A DNA stretch of 64,000 bases from Mobula hypostoma (taxonomy: Eukaryota), in the NCBI RefSeq assembly GCF_963921235.1, contig NC_086109.1, positions 25,050,001 through 25,114,000 on the forward strand, in the 5' to 3' direction. A program made the position numbers and the translations under genes. This document shows positions 50,080-61,791 of this stretch, piece after piece (the first letter of the stretch is position 1; the number at the start of each line of letters is the position of its first letter). Below the pieces are notes generated by a model that was not told the DNA's origin, made no database searches, and saw nothing but the letters and a program-made list of their open reading frames with translations.

Positions 50080-51258
50080 TATGATTGTCTATGCCTTTAT
50101 TCCTTCTATCAAAGTTCATGACCATATACTTTTCTAAACTGTATTCCATCTGCCACTTCTTTGCCCATTCTCCTAATCTGTTCAAGCTCTCCAAGAGACT
50201 GCCTATCTCCTGAACACTACTTGCCCCTCCACCTATCTTTGTATCATCTGCAAACTTGGTCACAAACCCACCATTTCCATCATCCAGATCATTAAAGTAT
50301 AATGAGAAAAGTCGAGGACCCAACCCTGCAGAACACTACTGGTCACTGGCAGCCAACCAGAAAAGATCCCGAGTATTCCTAGCCTCTTGCCAGTCAGCTA
50401 AACTTCTATCCATACTAATATCTTTTCTATTATACCATGGGTTCTAATTTTGATGAGCAGCCTCATGTATGGCACCTTTTCAAAGGCCTTCTGAAAATCC
50501 AAGTAAACAATATCCAGTTGATTCTCAAAGACTTCTAACAGATTTGTCAGGCAAGATTTCCCCTTAAGGAAACCATGCTGATTTTGGTCTATTTTGTTAT
50601 ATACCTCCAAGTACCCCCAAACCTCATCCTTCAGAATAAGAGTGGAGTTACATTTGCCATTTTCCAGTCCTCTAGAACCATTCCAGTATTTAATGATTCT
50701 TGAAAGGTCACCACAAATTCTTCAGCTACTCCCTTTCTGAACTCTGGGGTGTAGTCCATCTGTCCAGGTGACTTATCTACCTTTAGACCTTTCAGCTGCG
50801 CAAGCACCTCCTTCTTACTAATAGCGACTACACTCACTTCTGCCCCCTGACTCATTCGAATTTCTGGCATGCTGCTGATGTCTTCCACAAAGACTGACAC
50901 AAAGCACTTATTCAGTTTGTCTGCTATTTCTTTGTACTCCATTGCTACCTCTCCAGTATCATTTTTCAGCATTTCGATGTTCACTGTTGCCTCTCTTTTA
51001 CTCTTTACATGCTGTATCTGAAAAAAAACTTTTAGTATCATCTTTTATATTAGTGGCTGGTTTACCTTTATGTTTCATCTTTTCACTCCTTATTGCTTTT
51101 TAGTTGGCTTCTGCTGGTTTGTAAAGTTTTTCGATCCTCCTGCTTCCCACTAACTTTTGCAATATTGTATGCCCTCTGTTTTGCTTTTCACCTGTCCTTG
51201 ACTCCCCTTGTCAATCACAGTTCCCTCAGCCTCCCTTTAGAATGCTTGCTCTTCCTTG
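50080..51258 (-). mobile_element. CR1 RT fragment
   Basis: EDWKMANVTPL, QHGFLKGKSCLTNLL, YLDFQKAFEKVP, KFADDTKIGG. Confidence 0.85.
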
Positions 51259-51377
51259 ATTTCAAAGGTTCAAAGGTTCAGTTATTATCAAAGCATATAT
51301 CCATATACAACTCTGAAATTTGTCTTCTTCAGATAGCCACATAACAAAGAACATGAAAGTCGTTCAGAGAGAAACAT

Positions 51378-51380
<3 letters not shown>

Positions 51381-51428
<48 letters not shown>
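51381..51428. repeat. (AC)n microsatellite inside a retroposon fragment
   Basis: Perfect AC run. Confidence 0.95.
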
Positions 51429-51430
<2 letters not shown>

Positions 51431-51707
51431 GAATGGCATCCTGATCATTAACCTCCAAAACAGAACAGGAACATCGATTCATCCCCCCCCACCCAAAAAA
51501 GAACAACCCCTCCCCAGCACAAAAAACTAACAGAACATCAACCCTAAATACCCTCCACTCACACAACAAGATGGAAAAGGAACATGATTCCTTTCATTCA
51601 AGGATCAATCATTTTGTTCTGTTTTCCATAGAATCAGAAGACCTTTGTTAATTAATTGCAGGAGTACAGAAAAGCTGGAGATTGTTTTGAGTATCTGTCA
51701 AAAGAAG

Positions 51708-51812
51708 ATGGAAGAGGTGAGGGAGGTGAAGTACCGGAGTCAGAAGGTGAAAGGATACGTGAACCCACCAGATGGAGGCTGGGGCTGGATGATTGTCGTC
51801 CATTTCTTTCTG
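51708..51812 (+). CDS. slc16a4: First coding exon of a monocarboxylate transporter (SLC16 family), most similar to SLC16A4/MCT5; partial CDS
   Basis: MEEVREVKYRSQKVKGYVNPPDGGWGWMIVVHFFL contains the SLC16 signature PDGGWGW, and MIV.HFFL matches my recollection of MCT5. Strong Kozak AAGATGG, acceptor ttttgttctgttttccatag|51632, phase-0 donor CTG|GTAAGA at 51812/51813. Confidence 0.88.
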
Positions 51813-52169
51813 GTAAGAAAGCAAGTTTCAACTGCTCCTTCATGGGGCAATTATTTTGCTTTTTAGGATGAGATGAGATAACTTCAGGGCAGATTTATTC
51901 TTCTGCCACAGAGAGCTAGCCTCAAATTCCTTGTGGGTCAATGGAATTGGAAATATCTTCCTCACGGTTGTTCCAGCAGCCTTAGCATTTTCAGATTGTT
52001 GCTTCATTGACACGCGCATAAGGCTGAGAGATGTCAACTTCGTGTGAGAAATACGAATATTCATTTGTATGCTGGTTCTGAGATTGAATTCAAGGAGATA
52101 TTCTGGAGTTGCAATCTTGCTACGCCCTGCCTGAATAAGTTAATACTCATTCTAGTCACCCAGAAATAA

Positions 52170-53115
52170 TACTTAACTGCACAGTGGAGAGTATCCTGAC
52201 TAGTTGCTTCATAGCCTGGTATGGAAATGTCAATGTCCAAGAATGGAAAAGCCTACAAAAAGTAATGGACACAGGCCAGCCCATCACAGGAAAAGCCTTC
52301 CCCACCATTGAGCACATCTGCAAGGTGTACTGCCACAAGAAATCAGCATCAATCATCAAGGACCCATGCTCCCCCCACCACCCCATCCAGCCCATTCTCT
52401 CCTCCTGCTGCTGTTCCCTCTGCTCAAAGGAGGTACAGGAGCCTTGGGTCCCACACCACCAGGTTCAGGAACTGTTATTACCCTCCAAGTACAATTTAAT
52501 TATTATTCAACCATACATAAATACCTAAGAATACAGCCAAACAAAGCCTTTCCTCGAGGGCCAAGGTGCAAAACACAGTACCAACAGTCATACACAGCAC
52601 AAGACACATATAGCAATATAAGATAGCAGTAATCATACAGTCACACAAAAAATATAATATAGCCCAAGTCTCTGAGTGATATGTCCTGCAGATGATGTCA
52701 GCAAGAATGATTATCAGCAATAACAAACCCCCAGCAGTCAGCAAATGAACACGTATACGCACGGAATCTATCTTGTCTTCCACCGAGTGAACACTGGAGG
52801 GCAGCACCAGTGGTGGGGGCCTGTCCCCAGTCCAGCATGGACACTGTAACTCCTCTCCTGGCCGGCTATGACAGGCCGGCCTGTGGCATGAGGCCTATTC
52901 CACGCTACAACCGAGGCCACGCAGCTCCACAGCCATTGGTCTCCGTGCTTAAAATAAAGAAAATAAAAGAAAAAGGGGAAAAAAAAGTCAGGCTCCTGAA
53001 CCAGCATGGATAAATGCACGTACCTCACATTGAACTGATTCAACAACCTATGGAATCACTTTCAATTACTCTACAACTTACTGTTATTTATTTATTTATT
53101 TATTTATTTATTTTT
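52170..53115 (+). mobile_element. Rex1/Babar 3' fragment interrupted by another repeat (~52487-52985)
   Basis: ESILTSCFIAWYGN..KSASIIKDP..RYRSLGSHTTRFRNCYYP. It resumes at tcaggctcctgaacc (52988). Confidence 0.75.
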
Positions 53116-53264
53116 CTCAGTTCAATCTAGCGATGGACACCCATTTTTTAATTGCTAAGAATGTTTGGACTATTCTAGTGTTGTTTAGTATTGTGGATCT
53201 CTGGAGATTTACATCAATATTGTTGTGTAGGCCTAATTGTTTAATCATATTGTGTTGTGACTTC

Positions 53265-55870
53265 TAATCTGTCTAAGTCCTTATGCAGCCTCACTGCTTC
53301 CTCAACACTACCTGCCCCCACCTATCTTTATATTGCCCTCAAACTTGGCCAAAAAGTCATCACTTCCATCATCCAAATCACTGACATATAATGCAACAAG
53401 AAGCAGTCCCAACACCAACTCCCGTGGAACACTACTAGTCACGAGTATCCAGTCAGAATAGCCCCCTTTATTCCCACACTTTGCCTCCTGCCAATCAGTC
53501 AATGCTCTATCCATGCTATTATCTTTCCTGTAATACCATGGCTCTTATCTTGCTAAGTAGTCTCAAGTGTGTGGCACTTTGTCAAAGACCTTCTGAAAAT
53601 CCAAGAACACTTCATCCACAGATCCTCCTTTATGTCTCCTGCTTGTTAATTCCTCAAGGAATTCCAACAGATTTGTCAAGCAGGATTTTCCCATAAAAAA
53701 ACCATGCTGACTTTGGCCTGTTTTACCATGTGCCTCCAAGTACACCAGAACCTCATCCTTAACAATCGACTCCAACATCTTCCCAACCATTGAGGTTGGA
53801 TAACTAGCCCATAATTTCCTTTCTTCTGCCTCCCTCCCTTCTGGATGAGTGGAGTGACATTTGCAATTTTCCAGTCCTCCAGAGCCATTCCAGAATCTAG
53901 TGATTCTTTAAAGATCATTACTACTACTCCCAGAATCTCTTCAACTACCTCTTCCAGAATCCTGGGGTGGAGTCCATGTGGTCCAGATTATTTATTAACT
54001 TTAAGAATTTTCAGCTTCCCAAGCATCTTCTCCCTAGAACTAGCAACTGCATTCACTTCTACCCTGTAACACTCTCAAAATTCCAGCATACTGCAAGTGT
54101 ATTCCATAGTGAGGACTGATGCACAATATTTATTAAACTTGACCGTCATTTCCTTGTTCCCCATTGCTACCTCTCCAGCCTCTTTTTCAGTTGTCCACTA
54201 TCTACTCTCGCCTCTCTTTTCCTCCTTATATATCTGAGAAAACTTTTGCTATCCTCTTTGATATTATTGGCTAGCTTACTTTCATATTTCATCTTTTCCC
54301 CTTATGGCTTTCTTACTTGCCCTTTGTTTGTTTTTAAAAGCTTCCCAATTCTTGAGCTTCTGATTAATTTCTGTCCTATTATATGCCCTCTCTGTTGTTT
54401 TTATGTTGACTTTGGCTTCTGTTGTAAGCCACGGTTGTGGCATCCCAGCTTTGAAATATTTCTTCCTCTTTGGGATGTCTCTATACTGTGCATTCTGAAT
54501 TGCTCCCGGAAACACCAACCATTGCTGCTCTGCCATCATCCCTGTTAGCGTCCCTTTCCATTCAGCTTTGGCCATCTTCTCTCTCATGCCTCTGTATTTT
54601 GTTTTACTCCACTGTAATACAGACACATTTGACTTAAGTTTCTCTTTCTCAAATTGTGGAAGCAATTCAATCATAGTATGATGACTGTCTCCTAAAGGTT
54701 TCTTTATCTTAAGCTCCCTAATCAAATCCAGTTCATTACATAATACCTAATCCAGAATAGTTGATCCCCTAGTGCAGTGGTCCCCAACCTCCGGGCCGCG
54801 GACCGATACCGGGCCGCGAAGCATGCAGGGGTGCAGTGGCCCAGAGGCTGGGGACCACTGCCCTAGTGGGCTCATGCACAAGCTACTCTTTAAAAAAAAA
54901 AACATCTTGTAGGCGTTCTATAAACTCACTCTCTTGGGATCCAAAATCAGTACCAACCTGATTTTCCTAATTTACCTTCATGTTGAAGTTCCCCATGACT
55001 ATTGTATCATTGCCCTTTTAACATGCATTTTCTATCTCACACTGTAATTTACAGCCCACATTCTGTCAATTGTTTGGAGGTTTATATACAACTACCATCA
55101 GGTTTTTTTTTATCCTTTCAGTTTCTTAACTCTATCCACAAGGATTCTACATTTTCTGATCCTATGTTGCATCTTTCTAAGGATTTGATTTGATTTTTCT
55201 CCAACAGATCCACACCACCCCCTTTGCTTTCCAGTCTGTCCTTTCTATACAATTTGTATCCTTGGATGTTAAGCCCCCATCTATAATCATCTTTCAGCTA
55301 CAACTCAGTGATGCCCACAACATCATGCCTGCCTACTGCACGTATACTGCAGTAGTATTTGCCACCCTTTTTGATTTTGTTCCCCTGTAACACTGCAAAT
55401 CATCACACTGACTGCAATTTTGCCCATAATCTGCCTGTCCTTCCTGCCAGTCTCACTAAACACTGCCTCTGCTTGTATACCAACTGCCCCAGTTTCAGCC
55501 CTGTCACTCATTTTCCTATCCCCCTGCCATATTAGTTTAAACCCCCCACGAATGTTCAAGCAAACTGGCTCACGAGGATTTTGTACAGATCATACCTTCC
55601 CTAGAAGAGATCCCAATGATCCAAAAATCGGAAAAACTGCCCCCTGTGCCAGTTCCTCTGTTCTGCATTCATCTGCCAAATTATCCCATTCTTTCCCTCA
55701 CTGGCACATGGCACAGGCAGCAATCCAAAGATTACTGCTCTGGAGGTCCTGCTTGTCAGCTTTCTACCTAACTCCCTAAATTCTTTCTTCAGGATCTCCT
55801 CCATTTTCCTACCAATGTCATAGGTGCCAAGATGAACCAAGACTTCTGGCTGCTCACCCTTCCCATGGAG
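53265..55870 (-). mobile_element. Large decayed CR1 LINE including ORF1 esterase (SGNH-like) remnant, endonuclease and RT
   Basis: ORF1-like EQPEVLVHLGTYDIGR..GLLPVP, then PLGDSHHTMIE, EDWKIANVTPL, QHGFFMGKSCLTNLLEFLE. Confidence 0.85.
54775..54860. mobile_element. 86-bp hAT/Charlie-type MITE
   Basis: 17-bp TIR cagtggtccccaacctc / gaggctggggaccactg (1 mismatch). 8-bp TSD ccctagtg at 54767-54774 and 54861-54868. Confidence 0.92.
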
Positions 55871-55879
55871 GGTTAGGAT

Positions 55880-56925
55880 TTTCCATTGATTAAATTTTTC
55901 TTCTGTAGTGATAATTACCTCATTTTTCTGGGTTGTGCTTTCATTTATGTTCAGTGTGTATCTATCAGGACTGCATATGCTCATGTGAAGTGCTGGATCC
56001 TGTTTTTGGTGATAAAAGTATATTCTTAGAAGTTTTATCTGACGTTACATAATTTTTAATATCTGTTATTCCTCTTCCTCCTTCTGTCCTAGGTAGCGTT
56101 AATCTAAGTGCGTTCAAGTGCACATAGTGTTTTCTAAAATTTGTCATTACAGTTATTAACTTTTTTTGTAAATTTTCCAGACAGCCAAGGTATTATGCCA
56201 AAGGAATACATTAATATGAGCACAGCAAAAGTGTTTATTGCTTTGTTATATTTTTATTATTGAGCTCTGTTTGGCAGATTTTCTTTAGCCTTAAAGTAGA
56301 TTGTCAAACTTTTTCCCTTTATTGCACTATGATCTATTTTCTTTGCTTGTTGATATCCCAAGTATTTATATGTTTCATATCCATACATCTGTTGTATTGT
56401 AACCTGCTGCTCTGTTTTGTATTTGACTAGCTCTATTGCACATTTCTTTATTCTGCACATACAAGCATCTAGTCCAAAGCTCATGTTTATATCTTTAGAA
56501 AATAGTTCTACTACTTGAATCAATTGATTTAGTTTTACTGATGAAGGAGTGTGTAATTTCAAATTGCCCACGTGTGGAAGGTGTATCAAGGTATGACTTG
56601 TTTGGTTTTCTGTCACTTGATACCAAATTTTTGTGCCTTTCAGTAAATTAGAAAGCGAGTTTGAAGCTAAACAAAACCATAAAGGGGTTAGAGCATCATC
56701 CTGGAAAAAACCTTGGTTTATTTTGATAATGCTGGTTGTTCTGTTTTGATTTTTAATAGATAGGGTGATTATAGTATGCCAATTCTTCATCAGATGTTGC
56801 AGGAATTTCAAAAGTATTGGGACGAGTTTATATATATATATATATATATATTAAGAGCTTCTATTAACCATGAGTGTGGACAGAGTCAAATGCTTTTTGG
56901 TAATCAATATTACAAGATGAATTAT
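55880..56925 (-). mobile_element. AT-rich R4/Dong-like (RLE-type) non-LTR retrotransposon RT fragment
   Basis: IDYQKAFDSV, GFFQDDALTPLWFCLASNSLS, FSKDINMSFGLD.C, YKYLGYQQ, RLTLPRTEGGRG. These motifs are characteristic of R4-clade RTs. Confidence 0.75.
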
Positions 56926-56934
56926 TGTTATAAT

Positions 56935-57230
56935 AAGACTATGAGATAAGGAGGCAATTTAAACCATCGAGTCTTCTCTGCCATTTCACCATTGCTGATC
57001 CAGTTCCCTCTCAGCCCCAGTCTCCTGCCTTCTCCCTTCATGCCCTGACTAATCAAGAATCCATCAAATGCTGCCTTAAATACATCCAAGGACTTGGCCT
57101 CCACAGCTGCTTGGCAATGAATTCCACAGATTCACCACTCTCTGGCTTAAGAAACTCCTCCTCATCTCCATTCTAAATGGATGTCCCTCTATTCTGACGC
57201 TGTGTCCTCTGGTCTTAGATTCTCCTATTA
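56935..57230 (-). mobile_element. CR1 3' end
   Basis: GESKTRGHSVRIEGHPFRMEMRRSFLSQRVVNLWNSLP. Confidence 0.85.
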
Positions 57231-57829
57231 CTTGTATATGCACAGTTAGACTTCTTTTGCACTCTATAACATGTGACTGAACTTTGAAATTCAAGGACAG
57301 TTACTAGAGGAGAATGCCACAGGCAGCCATAAATCTTCCTCTTTCTAAAGTTACCTGTGCATTTTACTCTGACTAAGTTTGGTTACCCTTTTAAAATCAA
57401 AATACAGATGAAGTTTTAGCATGTGTGATTACTGACTTTCAACTGACTTTAGAAAGAACTCATGCTTTCAAGGAGCACGAGTTCAGAAAACCTCAGCACA
57501 CAAACAATTCATGATATGTTGAAGTAGACCATTAATTTAAAGTGGGTTGGAAATTGTCCAGCATTTATGATGTGTTCATGATTGCTGAGAAGCTCTGCCA
57601 TTGATCCCCCTGAATATCGCAGGCTTATGGTTGGTGGGAATTATGACCATGCACTATTTGTTCATTTTAATAAGTAGAAGAGGCTATAGCAATCAGATTC
57701 TCCAGTACGAAGCATAAAATCTTCCTTAGTTAAAACCTATGAATAATTTATATTCATAAATAAGTGAAAGAATCTTGGCAACAAGGCACAAGAAAGTTAT
57801 GTCCTTGAATCCTGAAATTTCCTCAGAAA

Positions 57830-58155
57830 TATTGTGGTAACAGCGCTACATCAGCTCCAGTGACCTGAGTTCCATGCTAACCTCCAGTGCTGTCTGTTTG
57901 GCATTTGTATTTTCTCCTTGTAACTGTGTGAATTTTCTTCAGGTGCTCCAGCTTCCTCTCACAGTTCAATGATGCGTGAGTTGGTAGTTTAATCGGCACT
58001 GTAAATTATCCATATTATGTGGGTAGGTGGGAGATTCCGGGGGGAATTGCTGGCAATGAGGGCAGAATTTTTAAAAAAGATTTATATAAAAGGCTACTTA
58101 ATGACAGTGCAGGCTCAGTGAGACAAAGGGTCTCGTTTCATGCCATGTGACTCCA
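57830..58155 (+). mobile_element. V-SINE (HE1-like) with CR1-like tail
   Basis: gacctgagttccatgctaacctccagtgctgtctgtttggcatttgtattttctcc..caggtgctccagcttcctctcacag..aaagggtctcgtttcatgccatgtgactc. Confidence 0.7.
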
Positions 58156-58239
58156 CGAATATACAAACTGAGTGGGTACTAGTGAGAAAGGGTAAAGTAT
58201 TAAGGTTTAAAAGTAACTTCTTCCAGACAGAATATGATG

Positions 58240-58452
58240 TAACACTCACAACACGCTGGAGGAACTCAGCAGGTCGGGCAGCATCCGTGGAAACGATCAG
58301 TCAACGTTTCGGGCCAGATCCCTTCGTCAGGACTGAAGGGGGAAGGGGCAGAGGCCCTATAAAGAAGGTGGGGGGAGGGTGGGAAGGAGAAGGCTGGTAG
58401 GTTCCAGGTGAAAAACCAGTAAGGGGAAAGATAAAGGGGTGGGGGAGGGGAA
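58240..58452 (-). mobile_element. Penelope terminal repeat, second subfamily
   Basis: cgctggaggaactcagcaggtcgggcagcatcc, followed by a hammerhead motif and a purine-rich body. Confidence 0.8.
58297..58336 (-). ncRNA. Minimal type I hammerhead ribozyme motif (GUU site)
   Basis: Minus strand UCAGUC-CUGACGA-A-GGG-AUCUGG-CCC-GAAAC-GUU-GACUGA. 6-bp stem I, 3-bp stem II. Confidence 0.78.
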
Positions 58453-58749
58453 GTGTGATGTGCTAACCATTTTCTCAAAGCTCAAGTTAAACAATTCCTC
58501 CTTAGAAAAAACTATCACCCCTCTCCTACCATATTCTGCCCTTTACCCCTTTTGATTTTAGGATGTTCTCTCTGGACTTTTAGTTTGGCATCAGCAAATG
58601 TGCAAACCTGAACTGCAAATGACTTGACTTGGAGACACAACAGGCTACAGATGCAGGAACCCTTTGACTTGATTATCTTTCCTGGTAATATGAAGAGAAA
58701 TGTTCATTTCAGGTGTTTCTAGATCATCGGTTAGCTTGAACTGGAACAT

Positions 58750-59960
58750 TGCTTTGAGAGGTTGGTCATGTGGTCATGGCTAAAATCAACCTCCTTCAAC
58801 CCACTACCTCCCTGGACCCACTACAATTTGCCTATTGCCACAATAGGCCTACGGCAGACACAAGCTCATTGCCACTGTACGCGACAATACAAATACCTAT
58901 ATCGGGATCCCATTTATTGACTACAGCTCAGCACTTAACCCCATTTACTACTATTTAACACCATGACTACAGATCTGATTCAAAAGCTACAGAACCTGGG
59001 CCTCTGTACCTCCCTCTGCAACTGGATCCTCGACTTCCTAACCAGAAGACTATAATCTATGAGATTTGGGATAAACATCTCCACCTCGTTGACAATGAAC
59101 ACTGGTGCACCTCTGAAGCACCTTCAGTAATTCCAAAAGACTTAAATTGGGTAAAATACTGAAAGGCTTTTATTCGCTGTACAATACGACCTCCATGCTG
59201 AGTGTCTGCCCCCAGACTGAGGGGGAGGGGTAAGGCGGAATCACCTTTATTCAGGAATGTGTGGGAGGAGCCACAGGGACAGTCAGCAGAGGGGCATGTC
59301 CAGACAGTTAACCCAGTTACAATATATATATGGTTTACCACAACCTCAGGGACATTTGCTTGGCCCACGGCCCTACTCCCTCTACACATGGCTGTGTGGC
59401 TAGGCACAACTAAAATGCCATCTATAAATTTGCTAATGAACCAACCATTGTTGGCAGAATCTCAGATGGTGACTGAAGGGTGTACAGGAGCGAGATCTAT
59501 CAGCTAGTTGACTGGTGTCGTAGCAACAACTTTGCACTCAACATCAGTAAGACTAAAGAACTGATTGTGGACGTCAGAAAGGGTAAGTCGAGGGAGCACC
59601 CAGCAGTCCTCATAGAGGGATCTGCAGTGGAGAGACTGAGCAATTCCAAGTTACTGGGTGTCAGTTTCTCTGAAGATCTAGCCTGGATACAGCTATAAAT
59701 AAGGCAAGACACCGGCTATATTTCATTAGGAGTTTGAGGAGGTTTGGTTTGTCAGCTAAAACACTCAAACCTCACCAGATGTACTGTGGAGAGAATTCTG
59801 ACTGGCTGCATCACCGTCTGGTATGGGGGGGGTGGTGGTGCGGGGACTACTGCTAAGCTGCAGGAGAGTTATAAAATTAGTTGGCTCCATCATGGCCACA
59901 AGCTTCCATAGTATCCAGGACATCTTCAAGGAGCAGTGCCTCGAAAAGGGGCAGCTTCTA
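58750..59960 (+). mobile_element. Rex1/Babar LINE RT fragment interrupted by a solo LTR
   Basis: LDPLQFAY.HNR, LCNWILDFLT.R, NTGAP|QG, VDWCRSNNFALNISKTKELIVD. Confidence 0.85.
59114..59342 (-). mobile_element. 229-bp solo LTR
   Basis: TG...CA ends. 5-bp TSD acctc at 59109-59113 and 59343-59347. AATAAA on the minus strand. It cleanly splits the GAPQG codons of the host LINE. Confidence 0.85.
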
Positions 59961-60466
59961 TACTTGCATTCAGAAGTGAAATGGATAAAATTTCATGTGA
60001 CAATAAGCTTTCTCACTGGGAGATAAGTGTATCTTTAACTAGTGAATTGCTTGTGATCATCTTCATGTACACTTCCTGTGTATTCATTCAGTCCATCTTT
60101 CCTCACAACTGTCAGTATGCACCCTCACAATTACAGATATGATCAAACTTTTTAGAATACTCCTTAATGTTCTGCTCAGACATGCCTTTCATTACTCCTT
60201 ATCCATACTGCTTACAGCTATCCATACATTCTCTCACTGTTTCTCATTTACACCCTCCATAATTCGTCTGTATTCTCCCTCACTGTTAAACTCTGTTCAC
60301 ACCTGTCTCTATTCTGATAGATTCTGCTGTCTACCTCCATCCTCTTCAGCGGCAACTCTCTTCCCAGCTATCCTCCCTCATTGTACTGCCAGTATTCCCT
60401 TACAAGTACATCCTCTCACCTTGACTCCTACTCACAGATATTTCCAAACTTTTTCTTGCTTGTAAA

Positions 60467-61122
60467 TGAAACACCCTGGTTTCAATGGCTATGTAAGACT
60501 AGGGGAGACACTCTCAAGTCCCACCAAACTTGTGAGGTGAGACGGCTCAACCCAACCCAAACCTCGGTTTGTGTGGATGCGGTGTAATTTGCTACCCTGT
60601 TACAAATTAGTGCCACGAAACAAGAGACAGCACACTGCATATGATTAAAGGAATTATATTTATGAATCTTAACTTAAGGGTTAGTAAAGAATAACAAAAA
60701 GAAAAGGGCCCATTCTAATTAAACAGTCAAATGTACACAGGCTGGAGCTCATCTTAAATTTTTCTGTCACTCACGCGCTGGGCCCTCAGTCAGCGTGAAC
60801 ACCCACACCAGCTTCCGAATGTCGCTGGCAGTCCATCTCGAACAAACAGCTCTCCCACCGGACAGTATGCTACGACCGGTTCTCCCCAGCGTCTTCTCTC
60901 TTCATCTCCCACCGAACAAAAACCCCAAGCCCAATCTTAGTATCCCTCACCAGAGAAACCGCCCCTTAATTCGGCCATCCTAACTGGATGGCACACATTT
61001 CTCCTCATCTCTTACCTTCAGCAATAACCCAAACCAGCTGAAAGCAGAGCGGATTTCTCTCACAGAACTGCTAAGTGAAATACATACAACATAACAGTAA
61101 AAATATGAACCAGAGCATTACA
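60467..61122 (-). mobile_element. 656-bp solo LTR (Gypsy-like)
   Basis: tgaaacaccctggtt...aaccagagcattaca imperfect terminal inverted repeat with TG..CA. 4-bp TSD taaa at 60463-60466 and 61123-61126. Confidence 0.72.
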
Positions 61123-61791
61123 TAAACTTTACAAATTACATGCAAAATCTGTTAAACTGAAGGAAGAGGGATTGCAGAAATAATGGTATGATGCCCTACT
61201 CTAGTAAAACTCTGGCCATATTGTGCTTACTAGGCAATATTTGCCATCATGTTAGAATGGTTTGGAAATGTTTTTAATTAAAAGGTTGAGGTATTTTAAC
61301 AGGAAAGCAGCAACACAAATTAATCTGCAGGAGCAGTCTCAGCCCCATTCACACCAAGTACCACCAGGTATTGATTAAAGGGGCACGGTCTCCGTGGAAA
61401 CCTATTTGGCAAGTCGGCCCTTGCTGGGTGAAAGTCAGGAAGGCGTTGTGAGCTGTGTAGAACATGATTCTGCAGCAAGACCTGTGTAGCTGTGTCCTGC
61501 GCTTTGCAAACAAAATGTTGATGTATTCAATTACTTTTTTCTCACTGAGTCACAAGGGTAAAACTTTCTCTGGAGCATGAAGCCAATGCTGCCAATTTCC
61601 TACAGCCCAGGGAATCACTTGGGATTTTCCATTAAAGAACACCTTTTTCTTGTCCCAATAGAGAAAGGAAACTTCAAGCCTAGCTTTGAAATTCTGGAGG
61701 CAACATATATTAATGCTTTGTGTTTTGCATTTACTGGCAAGTAATGCAGAATGGCTTGATGATGCATGAACCCAAATGTGGGAAGTCATTA

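Noticed and set aside
51645..51866. 73-aa ORF as a complete small protein
   Set aside because: It has a TTG start and reads through a canonical splice donor. Only 51708-51812 resembles SLC16.
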